DNA of 64,000 nucleotides. It comes from Piromyces finnis finn (taxonomy: Eukaryota; Fungi; Neocallimastigomycota). Where the stretch lies: assembly GCA_002104945.1 (NCBI GenBank), contig MCFH01000011.1:806001-870000 (forward strand), given 5' to 3'. The translations under genes and the position numbers were made by a program. Position 1 is the stretch's first letter; each line of letters begins with the position of its first letter. The notes beneath the pieces were generated by a model. The model was not told the origin of the DNA. It saw nothing but the letters and a program-made list of their open reading frames with translations, and did not search any database. Shown here one piece after another: positions 38,426 to 51,714 of the stretch.

Positions 38426-41400
38426 ATGTTGATTGTTGGTATTGATATTGGTTCTTACTTTACTTCCTATGCATACTCTTATGAGTTTGAAAATAAGACT
38501 TTTTTAAAGTCTGCCAAGTATCTTACTGGTTTTAACTTGGAAAAAGTTGTTCAAGACAATACTGTATATATTATTAAGAAATTGTTAACTTTGGAAAAAA
38601 ACACGGATCCAGTTCCAAAAAATTTCATGTTTCTTTCTGAAATGTTAACAGAAAAAGATTTCCTAGCCGAAATTAAAAAATACATTGCTCGAATTGCTAA
38701 AATTATTCCTGTCGATCAAGATGCTGATGATCAAAAGGTAATATATTCAGGATACAACTAAAAAAATAATAATAGTAATAAATAGATTAAAAATGTTTTA
38801 AATACCATAAAACTTCAAACGAAATGGAATCATTATATATTGATAATAATTTTAAATACCATAAAACCTCAAACGAAATGGAATCATTATATATTGATAA
38901 TAATTTTAAATACCATAAAACCTCAAACGAAATGGAATCATTATATATTGATAATATTTAAATTATTCAAAAAATATCTCATACAATCGATTGTTTCCTA
39001 CCAAGGATGAATTATAATTGAATTGTTTTTTTTTTTATATTAATGAAAATGAAATTTAAATTCATACATTAATAATATTATTATTTTATTTTTTTTTTTT
39101 TTTTTTACCTCATAAATTTATACTATATACTATAAAAAAATCTTAAACCTCTAGTTCTTTGTTGTATCCTATCCAAGAGGTTTACTACCAAAACCACCAT
39201 CAAAAGTATATTTAGATGCTATTTGTGATGTTATCACCAAAGGTATTCGTAGTAATGAACAATACAAGGATGCTAAAGTTTATTTCATTACAGATTATGA
39301 AGGTAATATTTTTTATAAATTAAAAAATATTATTTATACCCATCAATATTCATAGAAAATTTGTTTAATAAATATATAAAATCTTTATCCTTTTTATTTA
39401 TATATACTATGATTGTATTAAAAAAAAATATTATATGTTTATTTTTTTTGAATTATTTTGTAATTTTGCCTATTTCTAACAAATATCAATGATATTTAGC
39501 TTTAAGACAATGTTACAAAGAGTTAATAATTAAGAAAAAGAAAATTGAATTTGTCGCTAATTCATATGATGAAGAAATACAATATGATATTAATACTCTT
39601 GCAAAAAAATATTCAAAAAGTTTAATATTAATGAATGATAAAAATACTAGTGCTATAGCTGAAGTTGAAAATAAGGATTATGAAAAAGCTTATGAAGAAT
39701 TATTGGGAATTAATTCTATTTTCAATGCTTTAAATGATATCGATGTTGAAACTTATAAAACACTCTATATTGATTTTGGTTTAAAAGAAATTCGTTTCCA
39801 TTATTCCGAATTCATTAATATCATTAAACCAATAAAAAATAGTATTATTGATGATCTTACTGATATTCTTATTGAGCAACATCTCGCAACATTCTGTTAT
39901 AATCTTTCAACGGAAAAACAACGCGCTTTAAGACTTCAACTTCGTGATGATGTCAAATCTATTATTCTTCCAAAATTCGTTGAAGCCGACGATTTTACTA
40001 CTTATCACCATGAATTTAAATTTGAAATGATTCACGTCTTAAAAATTACAAAAGAAATGATTGACGATTATATTCAAAATAGTCTTTTATGTGATGTCAT
40101 TGAACGTATCTACGACAGTGCTAATTCACCTATACATCACATTGAACTTTGTGGTAAGCATACTATAAAAAAAAAAAAAAAATCTTTTTAAAAAATATAA
40201 TTAATATAAAATTATAAATAATTTATTTCTTTTTTTTTAATATACAATATAATATAATATAATAATTTTAAAAAAAAAATTTTTCGATATAATCTAAATT
40301 TACTATGTCTATATTTTTACATATCTACTATTATTTTATATACCTATAATACTTTATTAAATTATATTTTTATATAATGGCATCATTTTATTCTTTTTAT
40401 ATCCAACTATTTTAATTCAATTTAATAGGTGGTTTTTCAAATCTCTATTATAAATTCCTTTCAAGATATTTCCCAAATTTATCTATTAAGATTTCAAATA
40501 TAAATGTTAGTGTTGGTTGTGTGTATTTCGAACAACAACTCCTTGAAAAGGAAAAACTTCTTAGAAATAAGTATAGAGAAGCTAAACTTGATTGTAAAAA
40601 TCAATTAGAAAAATTGAAGGCTTCCTTAGAAGAAGAAAATTTATCATATTCCTTTATTACTAAAGAACAATCTGATTTCTTCCATCGTCAACAAGAAAAA
40701 CAGCAACAGCTCATTGAAAATGAAAAGAATAAAAATGGTAATTCTGATATGGATTGGGTTGGTAAAATTCATCGTAGGGATGTTAAAGAACAAGAACAAT
40801 TGTTTACCGGTTTATTTGAAAAATTAAGTGTTGTTGAAAATCGTATCAACATTGTTAAAGAAAAGATTAAAAAAATACAAGATTTCAGTGATGGATTAGA
40901 TAAATATTATAGGAAGGCTCTTACAACCTTTGGAAGTGTCAACTTTGATTTTTTCAATTCCTATTCCATTATTATAAATTCTAATAGTGAAGAAGAAGAA
41001 GAAGAAGAAGGAGAAGGAGAAGATGGTGATAAAAAATCCGATAAAACACAAGAACTTCTTCAAGACTTAAAAATCAGTCCAAATGATGTAAAGAGTTACT
41101 ACTTTAAAAAATTGGGTATGTCTATTGATGAAAATGGTAGTGGCGTCACTGAAGGTAAAAAGGAAACCAAAATTAAGGTAGTGAGTAGTTTTACAGATTT
41201 AAATAATGCCACTACCGCTTCTCAAAGTGATAATGAAAGCATTGAAAAAGTAGCTAAACCAGCAGCAGTCACTAATGTCGCTAATAAAGAGTATGCACCT
41301 TCTCTATGTTCCAATCTATCCGGTATTTCTGGTATTGGTCATACTCCGGGAAAGAATGCTTTAAGCACATTAAATAATAAATTTATTTCCTTTAACCTTC

Positions 41401-41603
41401 AAACCCAACGTTTAAAAATGAAAACTCAACTATTAGAAGAAAATCATACTCTTGGAATTGAATTAAAAAAATCACAAACCAAGAATTTTACCCTCAGTGA
41501 AGAACTTAATACGATACGTCAAGAAAATAAAGAATTAAAGGAAGAAAATGAACGATTATTAAAAGAATTAGAAGCACTTCGTGCCAAATTGTCTCTAGAA
41601 TAA
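38426..41603 (+). CDS. Divergent Hsp70/actin-like ATPase-fold protein fused to a long coiled-coil C-terminus, 4 exons, ~762 aa
   Basis: Exons 38426-38737, 39155-39302, 39500-40153 and 40429-41603 join in frame. It has N-terminal IVGIDIGS (phosphate-1-like) and IELCGGFS across the last splice junction (Hsp70 LVGG-like), followed by E/K/Q/L-rich heptad segments. Confidence 0.7.
38796..38955. repeat. Three tandem copies of a 54-bp unit in intron 1 of the Hsp70-like gene
   Basis: ttttaaataccataaaacctcaaacgaaatggaatcattatatattgataataa starts at 38796, 38850 and 38904; copy 1 differs by one substitution. Confidence 0.95.
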
Positions 41604-43117
41604 AAAAAAAAAATAAAAAAAATAAAAAAAAAATAAAAATTATCCTATGATAAATATAGACGAATGAAAGTATGTAGAAATTTAATTAATAATAAAACAC
41701 TATAATTATAATTATAAAAAAGAATAAAAAAAAAATATATATATATATATACACAAAAGAATAGAAAGGGGAAAAAAATATAAATTTGATTATTTTTTAT
41801 CTATAGAATCGACTTTTTTTTTTTTAATATCTTTAACCTATTTCTTATTTAAACTATATATATTTACCTTTTCATAGATATTAACACACCATTTTTATTA
41901 TTATTAATACTACTACTAAAAGAAAAGGAAAAAAAAAAAAAGATTTAATCTATCTTACTTTCTCTATCTTTTTTTTTTTTTTTTAATTTTCTTCTTTTTA
42001 TTTTTATCCTATAAATGAAAAAAGTCAATGAAGTCATTGTCTAAATAATTGATTATATATACATATATACATAAATATAGTTTTAATAGAATTTAATATT
42101 TATATTATAATATAAAAAAAAAAAAAGACTAATTTTTTTTAAAAAAAAAAAAAAATTAATATTTTAAATGAAAAAAAAACTGAAAACTAGAAAGAAAGAA
42201 AAAGTTACATCAAATGTAATAAAAAAATAAAAAATAACGATAAAAAATACTTCAACTTGTGTAATTAGTAATGATATTTTTATTTTTATTTTATTTTCTT
42301 TCCTTTGATGGAATAAAGATAAATACATATCCAACTATATATATTACACTTTCTTTCTTCCTGGAAATATATATTATTTGTAAAACAAAAACACATTTTA
42401 CCTATTTCAAATTGTTTTTTTTTTTTTTTTTTTTTTTTTTTATTATTTATTAATTTATATTTTTATATATATTTTTATATATGTTATTTTTTATTATTAT
42501 TAGATATATATATAATTTTTTTTTTATATATTTATATTAATGCTATTATTATTATAATTATTATTTATAAGTAATTATTATTTTCCAAAAAAAAAAAAAA
42601 AAAAAGATTTAATGAAACTATTATTCATCAATAACAATATATATATAAAAATAGAAACAAAACAAAAATAAAAGGTAGTATGGTATTTATTTTTTTTTTC
42701 TCCATTTTTTTTTTTTTTTAAGATAAAAAAAATTAATTATTAGGATGAAAAGTAATCGAAGATATTAAAAATTGTAATTATATTTATATATATATATAAA
42801 GGAATAAAAGGGATAACAAAAAATGAAGAAAAAAATGATTTTAGAATATTTATAAATTTTTGTTTCTTTTTTTTTTTTTTTTTTTTTTTTTAATAATGAT
42901 TAGATTGTTGTTGTTTTTATTTATAATTTTGTGACTGTTTTTTCATACGGATTTTTTTTTTTTTTTGGTAGGGGAGGAATTAATTATTTCTTAATGATAG
43001 ATTTTTTTTTTTTTTGTTTGTTTTTTTTTTAAAAAAAAGTAGATAATTTTATTGCTATATAAATAACACTTTTTATAGGTTTTTTTTTAACACCTTTATC
43101 ATTTTTTTAATTTAATT

Positions 43118-43751
43118 TTATAATGATTTTTGATAATATTTTTGTTTATCATTTTTACTTCTCCAAATGGTGTTTTCATTATTAATTTGACGACTGATAA
43201 CAGTTAAACGATATTCATACATTCTAATAAACATGCATTGCTATAATAATAATTTTTAAAAAGATTGGTATAATCAAATTAATAACACAAAATGAATGAG
43301 AAAAAAAAAAAAAGTTGTAAATAATTTAGATTATTGATTTTGAATAATATTGAAATTTGTGTATGTGTATGTATTGTGTTGTATTGTGTTGTATTGTATT
43401 GTAAAATTATTTATAATGATGTTTTTATTTTTTAAAAAAAAAAAAAAATAGATATTAATATTAAAACAATAAAACAAACAACAACAACAAATAATAATAA
43501 AATATGGTATAAATATATATATTGTTTAAATTTAAACATACCCAGGTGTAATAGGTAAAAAGACACCATATAAAAATGACCGTTTTAGGAACAACCCAAT
43601 CAGTTTTGTAATCTCCAACAATCCATACTGTTAAAGTTGATATAATAGACATAAAACTATAAATCATAAGTAAAGTTAACTTGGTTGTAGTTAACTTTCC
43701 CCATCTAGTTAAATACTAAAATAATAATATTAATGTCAACATTAAAATGTG

Positions 43752-43782
<31 letters not shown>

Positions 43783-44458
43783 ACTATTAATAATTTCAAA
43801 TTATTTCTATTGCATAAAAATATTATACTATATCTTCTTATAAAAGGGTTTTTTCCACCCCTATTGCCGTTATAATTACTTACAGTAACAGCTGTATCCA
43901 TTATAATATGATGAGCAAGTAAAATAACTGAACCCAATACTGCAAATTGATAATGTTTTTTACTTTTAGCCACTTCGTTTATATTCATTACTATAACCAA
44001 AAAGAATGATTCAATCTAGTTGTTTTTTTTTTCAACAATAGAATAAATAATAATAGAATAAAAAAAAAGAGTCACTCAATAAATATGGTACAATAATTTT
44101 TTTAAAAGATATATATTTTATATTCTTTTAATAAATATATATATATTTATATATATACCATTAAATAGGGTAAAGTACTTCTGAATTGAGGATCTGTATT
44201 TAAATGGAATGGAGTTATATATAAATTTTTACCACTTCGTTTATTATCCGTATTATTTTTTTCTTCTTCTGTTTTAAAAGTCATTGAACTACGTAATTCA
44301 GTATCAACTTTTAATTTATTTTTTAAAACATCATCTATATTGGTGAAAGATAGAGAATGTTTTCTTTCCATTTTCCTATCTTCTTCCTCATTCTTACTCT
44401 TACTATAATGCATAGCTTTTACAGAATAAGGAGGTAAAGTTGCTGATAATGAAGACAT
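43118..44458 (-). CDS. Orphan membrane protein (~4 TM) with a hydrophilic N-terminus, 4 exons, ~242 aa
   Basis: Exons 44458-44159, 44015-43884, 43715-43542 and 43240-43118 are all phase 0 with GT-AG junctions. Hydrophobic segments: TLPYLMIESFFLVIVM, FAVLGSVILLAHHIIM, LLMIYSFMSIISTLTVWIV, TVIFIWCLFTYYTWQCMFI. Confidence 0.75.
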
Positions 44459-46879
44459 TATTTTTGTTTGTTAATTAAACTTTTTTTTTTTTTTTGTTTT
44501 CAAATGTAGGTTATTTTATTAATTACTGTTATTATTAATAAAATAATAATATTCTATTTAATTTTGAGATTTTTTTTTTTTTTTTTTATCGTTTGTTTGC
44601 TTGATTGTATTTTATATCCTGTTTTCCTCTCTATTATTTCCTTCCTTTTATATATATTATATTATGTATTACTTTTTGTATATATATGACCGGGAAGTGA
44701 AGAGTGTAAAAAAAAATATATATATGTATATATATATATAAATCTCAAAGCTCTATTTTAAAATTATTTACAAAATTGGTTTTAAAATAATAACTGTTTT
44801 TTTTTTTTTTTGTTTTGTTTTTTGTTTTTTTTTTTTTTTTTTTTGAAAAGATATATGTAATATATAGAAATTATAAATATATATATATCTTTTTTTTAAA
44901 AATAAAAAAGTTATTATTTATTTTTTTCTATAGTTTGTATTTTTTTTTTTTCTTAAAAAAAAAGGATAATTAAGTATTTTTTTTTTTTTTTTTGGACGTT
45001 AATTACTTTTGTTACTGTAATTTAATATTAAAAAAAGCTTTATAGTATTGTTTCAATTAAAAAAAAAAAAAAAAAAAACTAATAACAATAGATACTTTTT
45101 ATTATTACTATTATTTTAAAAAAGGCTTCGTTTTCCTTTATCCTTTTTTTTTTTATTATTTTTATAATATTAATTCTATATTGAGGAATAGTTATTATTT
45201 ATTGCTGCTCTTTACTTTTTCTTTTTTTTTTTTTAATTTAAAACAACATAGTTTTATAGTTTTCCTCGATACTTTCTATGTATTTTATAATGAATGGACT
45301 TGACCTTTTGCTTGTTTGAAATATATTTTCTATCGATAAATTCTATTATTTTTTTTTATTTTTTTTTTATTTTTTTATTTTTTTTTTATTTTTAGTTTTA
45401 TTATTTATCTATAAAGTATAAAAAAAAAAAAAAAAAAGAAAGGTTTTCTTTTTTCTTTTTTTTCTTTTTCTTATTTTAGTTTAAAAGAAAATAAAAAAAG
45501 AAGCTTTTTTTTTTTTTTTTCTATTTAAATAGAAAAACTATTTTTAAAAAATGAATCAAAAACCTTATTTAATAATAAATTTTTAAAATTTTATTAAATC
45601 TAAATAAATAATAAAAGTTTTTAACAACACTAGATGGTGGATAATAAGAAAGAACCACTTTTTTTTTTTTTTGTTATTATTCATCTTGAAAAAAGGAAAA
45701 GAAAAAAGGAATAGATTTAGTTTCTATTTCTATTTATTTTTTACTCTTTTTTTTTTTTTTTTCATCTTTAGTTTAATATTAAAACTTTAGATTTAAGTAT
45801 TAAAAAAAAAAAAAAAAAATTTAAATTTTAATTAATCAATCTAGTATAAAAAAAAAGAGTTTATTCACACTTTAAAACTTGAGCAGCACTAATACCTACA
45901 CATACACAATTATTAATAAACAAGAGTAGTTTACTATAGCATATGATAGATTTTAAAAATGATAATTTTTTTTTTTTTTTTTCATTTTTATAATAAAAAT
46001 CTTTAGTAATAAAGTGACATGAATATTCTATAAAAAAAAAAAAAAAAAGAAATACTTAAATCTATACCTATATACATATAGTTTTTTTTTTAAATTATAT
46101 AATATATATAATATATATAATGTATAATAAAAATAATTATTATAATCCTCTCCCTTTCATCTCTAATTAATAGAATCTTAATAATAAATAAATAGTATAT
46201 TTTACCTTCTTCATTGCTACTTGCAACCTTGTTTTAAAAAGTATAATTAATAATAATTATAATTTATTAACGTAAATGTAATGTACATTTATTGAAATGA
46301 ATGTAATGTACATGTTCAATTTTTAATTTTTTTTTTTTGGTAGAATTTTTGGTAAAGAAAAATTTTACTTACCAGTAAATTTAAGCTAAAGCTTATGTGT
46401 GCAGTAAATTAATAGTTAGAGGAGCCCAACTTTATTCTTACTCCCATATAGAAATTCATATATATTATAAAGAAATACTGATTCCATTATTGACCTTTGA
46501 ATAAAGTAGATTTAAATATTAAATAGAGTCATTTATATTTAAATAATTTAATATATATAATTTCAAATTATTATTATCATTATCATTATTACAATAATAA
46601 TTCATAATTAAAAAGGATTTAATTTTGAAATTTATAAAAATTAACATTTTAAAAGAAAAACCCATTACACATTGTTATTTATAAATGCAATCAAAATAAT
46701 ATATATATTATTTTCTTTCATTACCAGAATAATTTTAACAAGAATAAAAATAAAAATATATAGTATAATTATTATTTTAAAGGTTTTTTTTTTTTAAAAA
46801 AAAAAAAAAAAGCAATTACAATATTACCAACATCGAAAAAAAAAAAAAAAAATAAAAGTAAAAGAAAAGAAAAAAGAAA

Positions 46880-47428
46880 ATGCAATGGAGAGAATTCCAG
46901 GATAATAGAAATGAAAATCAACGTATAAAAAAATTATATATGGAAGCCTTTACGCCAGATGAAAGGGCACCATATTGGATTTTAAAAAGAAGAGTTTTAC
47001 AAGGAAAAGCAGAACAATGGAATTTTTTTGATAAAAAAACATGGCTAGGCTGGATTTATTTTAGTCGTTATAAAGATTTAATTTATATCTTCTTTTTTGC
47101 TATTGATGCGAAATGGCGAGGTCAAGGCTATGGTACCAAAGCATTGAAAGCTTTCATCGAAAAAAATAAAGGTCACAGAATATTTTTAGCTTTAGAAGAC
47201 TGGACCAAGGATTCGATGACAGGTAATAAAGAACAACGAATAAAACGATATAATTTTTATAAAAATTGTGGTTTAGCCGTTCTTCCTCATCATTTAAAAG
47301 AAGGAATAAATATATTTGCTATTATGGGTGTTGGTGGGCCGGTGGAAGCCATCGAATACAAAGAATTGATGAATGATTATATTGGATGGCCTTTTAAATA
47401 TTTTATCGATATGAGAATGGTGGATTAA
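46880..47428 (+). CDS. GNAT-family N-acetyltransferase, tandem copy 1 (intronless, bacterial-type)
   Basis: Acetyl-CoA-binding motif A FAIDAKWRGQGYGTKAL, plus LYMEAF...ER and R..RYNFYKNCG. Confidence 0.9.
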   Translation: MQWREFQDNRNENQRIKKLYMEAFTPDERAPYWILKRRVLQGKAEQWNFFDKKTWLGWIYFSRYKDLIYIFFFAIDAKWRGQGYGTKALKAFIEKNKGHRIFLALEDWTKDSMTGNKEQRIKRYNFYKNCGLAVLPHHLKEGINIFAIMGVGGPVEAIEYKELMNDYIGWPFKYFIDMRMVD

Positions 47429-48265
47429 TATTCTATTTTTTATAGACTATACCTATTTTTACCTAAAAAAAAAACAATGATGATAATCTATTATGTATTA
47501 TTTTTAACTATTTATTTCATTTGTCCCTTGCTTTAACAACCTTTGTTAATAATATATCTTTTGTAAATATAATAAATAATTAATAATAAAAAAATAAAGT
47601 CTTTTAAACATATTTGTTTTTCAAGTCATAAAAATAAATACAATATATACAATATACGATATACGATATAGAAAATAAAAACTTTTTTTTTTCAAATTTT
47701 AACTCGAAAATAAAGCTAATTTTCATAATTTTAAAATTTCAAATTTATTTTTTTTCTTAATATATTAAAAAAAAAAAAAAAAAAGTATAAAGTATGATGA
47801 AAAAAAAAAATTTTTTTTTCCTCCTTTATAAGAAAGACATTTGAAGAAATTTCAATTAAAAAGGTTTTTATTTTTTTTTATTAAATAATAGTAATAAAGT
47901 AGTATGATGTTATGATATATCTTTATTATAGATGTAGAAATATATTTAGAGTAAAAGAAAGATATATATATATATATCCATCAGTAAATCTTTTTATTTT
48001 TTTAATGTTCATTCGAAATATACTTTAAAATTTTTTATAGTAGATTTAATAAACTATACAACAAATAATTAAATATAAACTAATTTTTATAAATATTTTT
48101 TTTATTATTTTATTTTTAAACGACAATACCTATTTTTTATTCTATGTTATTCTCATTCTCTTGTCAATCTTTATTCCTAATAATAAAAAAAAAAAAAAAG
48201 AAATTTCATAATTAGATTTCAAAATTAAATTTCAATTTCAAAAAATTATACTTTTTAAAAAAAAA

Positions 48266-48829
48266 ATGCAACTACAAAAAGTTGTCATAGAAAATAAAAT
48301 AGAAAATAAGCGTATTCATGATTTGTATTTTGAAGCTTTCCCACCAAACGAAAGACTTACCTATTGGATATTACAACGAAGAGTAAAGCAAGAACGAGCT
48401 GAACAATGGAATTTGTATGATGAAAACCAATGGGTTGGTTGGGTTTATTTAATTAAACTTAAAGAACGTGACTACATATACATTTTTTATTTTGCTATCC
48501 ATGCTGATTTTCGTGGAAAGGGATATGGAACCAAGGCATTAAAAGCTATTCTTGAACACTATAAAAACTATCGAATTATACTATGTTTGGAAGATTGGAG
48601 AGAAGATACCCCGGATAAAGAAATAAGAATAAAACGTCACAATTTTTATTTAAAATGTGGTTTTCAAGATCTCCCTTACATTCAAAAGGAACCAAAATTA
48701 AGTTTTGCTACTATGAGATATGGTGATAGCATAAAACCAAAAGAATTTAAAGAAATGATTGATACCTATATGGGTTGGCCTTTAAAATATATTAATAATT
48801 GGAATTTAGTAGAAATTAAAAATCAATAA
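48266..48829 (+). CDS. GNAT-family N-acetyltransferase, tandem copy 2
   Basis: FAIHADFRGKGYGTKAL; LYFEAFPPNER; RHNFYLKCGF. Confidence 0.9.
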   Translation: MQLQKVVIENKIENKRIHDLYFEAFPPNERLTYWILQRRVKQERAEQWNLYDENQWVGWVYLIKLKERDYIYIFYFAIHADFRGKGYGTKALKAILEHYKNYRIILCLEDWREDTPDKEIRIKRHNFYLKCGFQDLPYIQKEPKLSFATMRYGDSIKPKEFKEMIDTYMGWPLKYINNWNLVEIKNQ

Positions 48830-48994
48830 GTTTTTTTTTTTTTTTTTTTTTTTTGGATTTTATTTCAAAAGCTTAAACTTTTATATACTAATATTTCTTG
48901 TCAATTTTATTACTAAACCTATTAAATTTAATTATAGTTAATATTTCTATCTTATTTTGAACTTTTTCCTTTAATCCTTCTCTCATATTTATTA

Positions 48995-49063
48995 AATTTA
49001 TAATAATAATAATAATAATTAGAATAATAATAATAATAATAATAATAATTAGAATAATAATAA

Positions 49064-49120
<57 letters not shown>
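48995..49120. repeat. (AAT)n satellite with AATTAGAAT variants between GNAT copies 2 and 3
   Basis: Directly visible. Confidence 0.92.
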
Positions 49121-49648
49121 TAACCTATTGTTATAAAACACACACCCAACACATTATCAAAGTCTCCAAATAAATGAAATAGTTCAATAGTTAAAAAAAA
49201 AGTTAATCCTTTATACTTGTTGATTTAAAAAAATAATTGGCTTTATTTTATATATCAAAATTTTAATTTTGCTATTCAATAATATAAGTTAAAAAAAAAA
49301 AAAGTCATCTAGTTATATTTGTTTTATTCTTGAAAAATAAATAATAGTAATGTTTAATGAATATAACAAAAAAAAAAAATACTTGTGAAATATGATAATT
49401 AATAAAAATCACCTTAAAACTTTAAATTTTTATTTTTTAATAAAAATTAAAAAAAAAAATTTTTTCAAAAAATTTTTCCCTTTTTGTCAAAAAAAAAAAA
49501 AGAGAGAGAGAAAGAAATAGTAAAAAGGAGAAAGAGATAGTAATATTCCTTTTATAAAAAAAAGAAAAAGGTTAATAAAGAATAATTATACACACCAAAT
49601 ATAAATAGTTAGAAAGTTTAAAATATTTTTTTTAAATAAAAAAAAAAA

Positions 49649-50194
49649 ATGAAAATAGTAAAAGTAGAAAATAGTAAAGAAGAAGATGAACGTATTCAAG
49701 AATTATATTATGAAGCTTTTCCGGAGGGTGAAAGAGCTCCTTACAATAAATTAAAAAAAAATGTTGCAAAAGGAAAAGCAGAACATTGGAATTTTTTTGA
49801 AGAAGATTTATGGGTAGGATGGATTTATTTAGTACGACACAAAGATATTGCCTATATTTTTTATTTTGCAATAGATGCCAAATTAAGAAATAAAGGATAT
49901 GGAACAAAAGCGTTAAAAGCCATTATTGAAAAATATAAAGATTATAGAGTATTTTTAGGTTTGGAAGATTGGCGAGAAGAAGATGCAGAAAATAAAGAAC
50001 AAAGAATAAAAAGATATCATTTCTATAAGAATTGTGGTTTAGAAGTTCTTCCTCACCGTCTAAAAGAAGTCGATAATATATTTGCTATTATGGGTGTAGG
50101 TGGACCAATACAACCAAAAGAATATAAAGAAATGATAGATAAATATTTTGGCTGGCCTCTAAAATACTTTTTTGATATGCGAATGATAGATTAA
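49649..50194 (+). CDS. GNAT-family N-acetyltransferase, tandem copy 3
   Basis: FAIDAKLRNKGYGTKAL; LYYEAFPEGER; RYHFYKNCG. Closest to copy 1. Confidence 0.9.
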   Translation: MKIVKVENSKEEDERIQELYYEAFPEGERAPYNKLKKNVAKGKAEHWNFFEEDLWVGWIYLVRHKDIAYIFYFAIDAKLRNKGYGTKALKAIIEKYKDYRVFLGLEDWREEDAENKEQRIKRYHFYKNCGLEVLPHRLKEVDNIFAIMGVGGPIQPKEYKEMIDKYFGWPLKYFFDMRMID

Positions 50195-51165
50195 AAGAAT
50201 TATTTTTTTTTTATAAAAATCCTAATGAAATTCATTTCAAAAAAAAAAAGAATAATGAAAATTAAAAATAAAAGAAATAAAATAAAAATACTATTATTTA
50301 CCATATATATTATTGGATTTTTTTTTTATTTACAATAAAAAAAAAAAAAAAAAAAGAAAAGAAAGAAAAAAAAAAAGAAAAAGAAATTTCAAATATGAAA
50401 TAATTTATTTCATAAACTTTTATCTGTAAACATTGGAAAATAAAATAAATAGAAATTGAAATTAAGAATAATAAATATTTATAACAATAGTAATAGTAAT
50501 AACAACAACAACAACAACAGAAACTTAACAATTACTATTATATAATATATATATATATTTTTTTTTTCCTTTATTTAAATACTTTATACTTCTTTTATTT
50601 CTTTTTCGCTAGTTCATATTTTCAAAGTTTCTTTTTGTTTGTTGAAAATAAAAAATAAAAAAAGTTAAAAGATATATTAAATATATATCTAATAGAGATA
50701 TAACTTTTAAAAAAAAAAAACAATTTTTTTCTTATTATAATGAATCTTTTATTAACAAGATTTGTTTGACCTTTATACCTTTTTTAAATACATAATTGAT
50801 TTTTAAAAATTTTTTTCCTTTTTTACCAATAAAAAACGTGCGTAAAATTCAATTATAAAACCAAACTTTTTAGGGAAAAATTATTTTTTTATTTTTTTAA
50901 TAACAAAAGTTAAAAAAAAAGAAAAAGAAAGGTGATAATAAAAGTAATTAAAAAAAAAACTAAAAAAAAAAAATAGTCAATATCTAATAAAATATTGTTA
51001 TTTCTATTCTATTTGAATAAATAAAATCGAACATTTCAAAATTAATTTCAAACTTTTAATTTGCCATTGTTTAATTGAATAGAGTTAATAAATTATCAAC
51101 ACATTAATAATAATAAAAAAAAAAAAAAACTAGTTTTGCTATAGGAATAAAGAATAATAAAAAAA

Positions 51166-51714
51166 ATGCAACTAATTAAAGTTAATGATATAAAAGAAGA
51201 ACATGACCGTATATTAAAATTGTACTATGAAGCATTTCCAGCCAATGAACGAATTCCATATTGGGCTTTGAAAATAAGAGCAAGACAAGGAAAAAGTGAA
51301 ATGTTTAATATTTTTGACGATAACAATACCTGGGTTGGATGGGTATATATTATGGTATATAAAGATCTTGCTTATATTCTTTTCTTTGCTATTGATAAGG
51401 AAAACCGTGGAAAAGGTAATGGAACCGAAGCATTAGCCTTAATTTTAGAAAAATACAAAAATTATCGTATTTATTTTTGTCTTGAGGATTGGACTGAAGA
51501 AGGTGGTGATGTTGAACAAAAAATTAGACGTCATAATTTTTATAAGAGATGTGGTATGAACGATCTTCCTTATAAAACCAATGGTAGAAATGTAACTTTT
51601 TGTTTAATGTATAAAGGTGGTTATATTCCACCTGAGGAATTCCAAGAAATGATGTATGATTTTGCAGGATTTCCAGTGAAATATTTTATAAATATCAAGA
51701 TTTTTGATAAATGA
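51166..51714 (+). CDS. GNAT-family N-acetyltransferase, tandem copy 4
   Basis: FAIDKENRGKGNGTEAL; LYYEAFPANER; RHNFYKRCG. Confidence 0.9.
   Translation: MQLIKVNDIKEEHDRILKLYYEAFPANERIPYWALKIRARQGKSEMFNIFDDNNTWVGWVYIMVYKDLAYILFFAIDKENRGKGNGTEALALILEKYKNYRIYFCLEDWTEEGGDVEQKIRRHNFYKRCGMNDLPYKTNGRNVTFCLMYKGGYIPPEEFQEMMYDFAGFPVKYFINIKIFDK

Noticed and set aside
38796-38955. Possible CRISPR-like array
   Set aside because: The units are contiguous with no unique spacers, and they lie in a eukaryotic intron.
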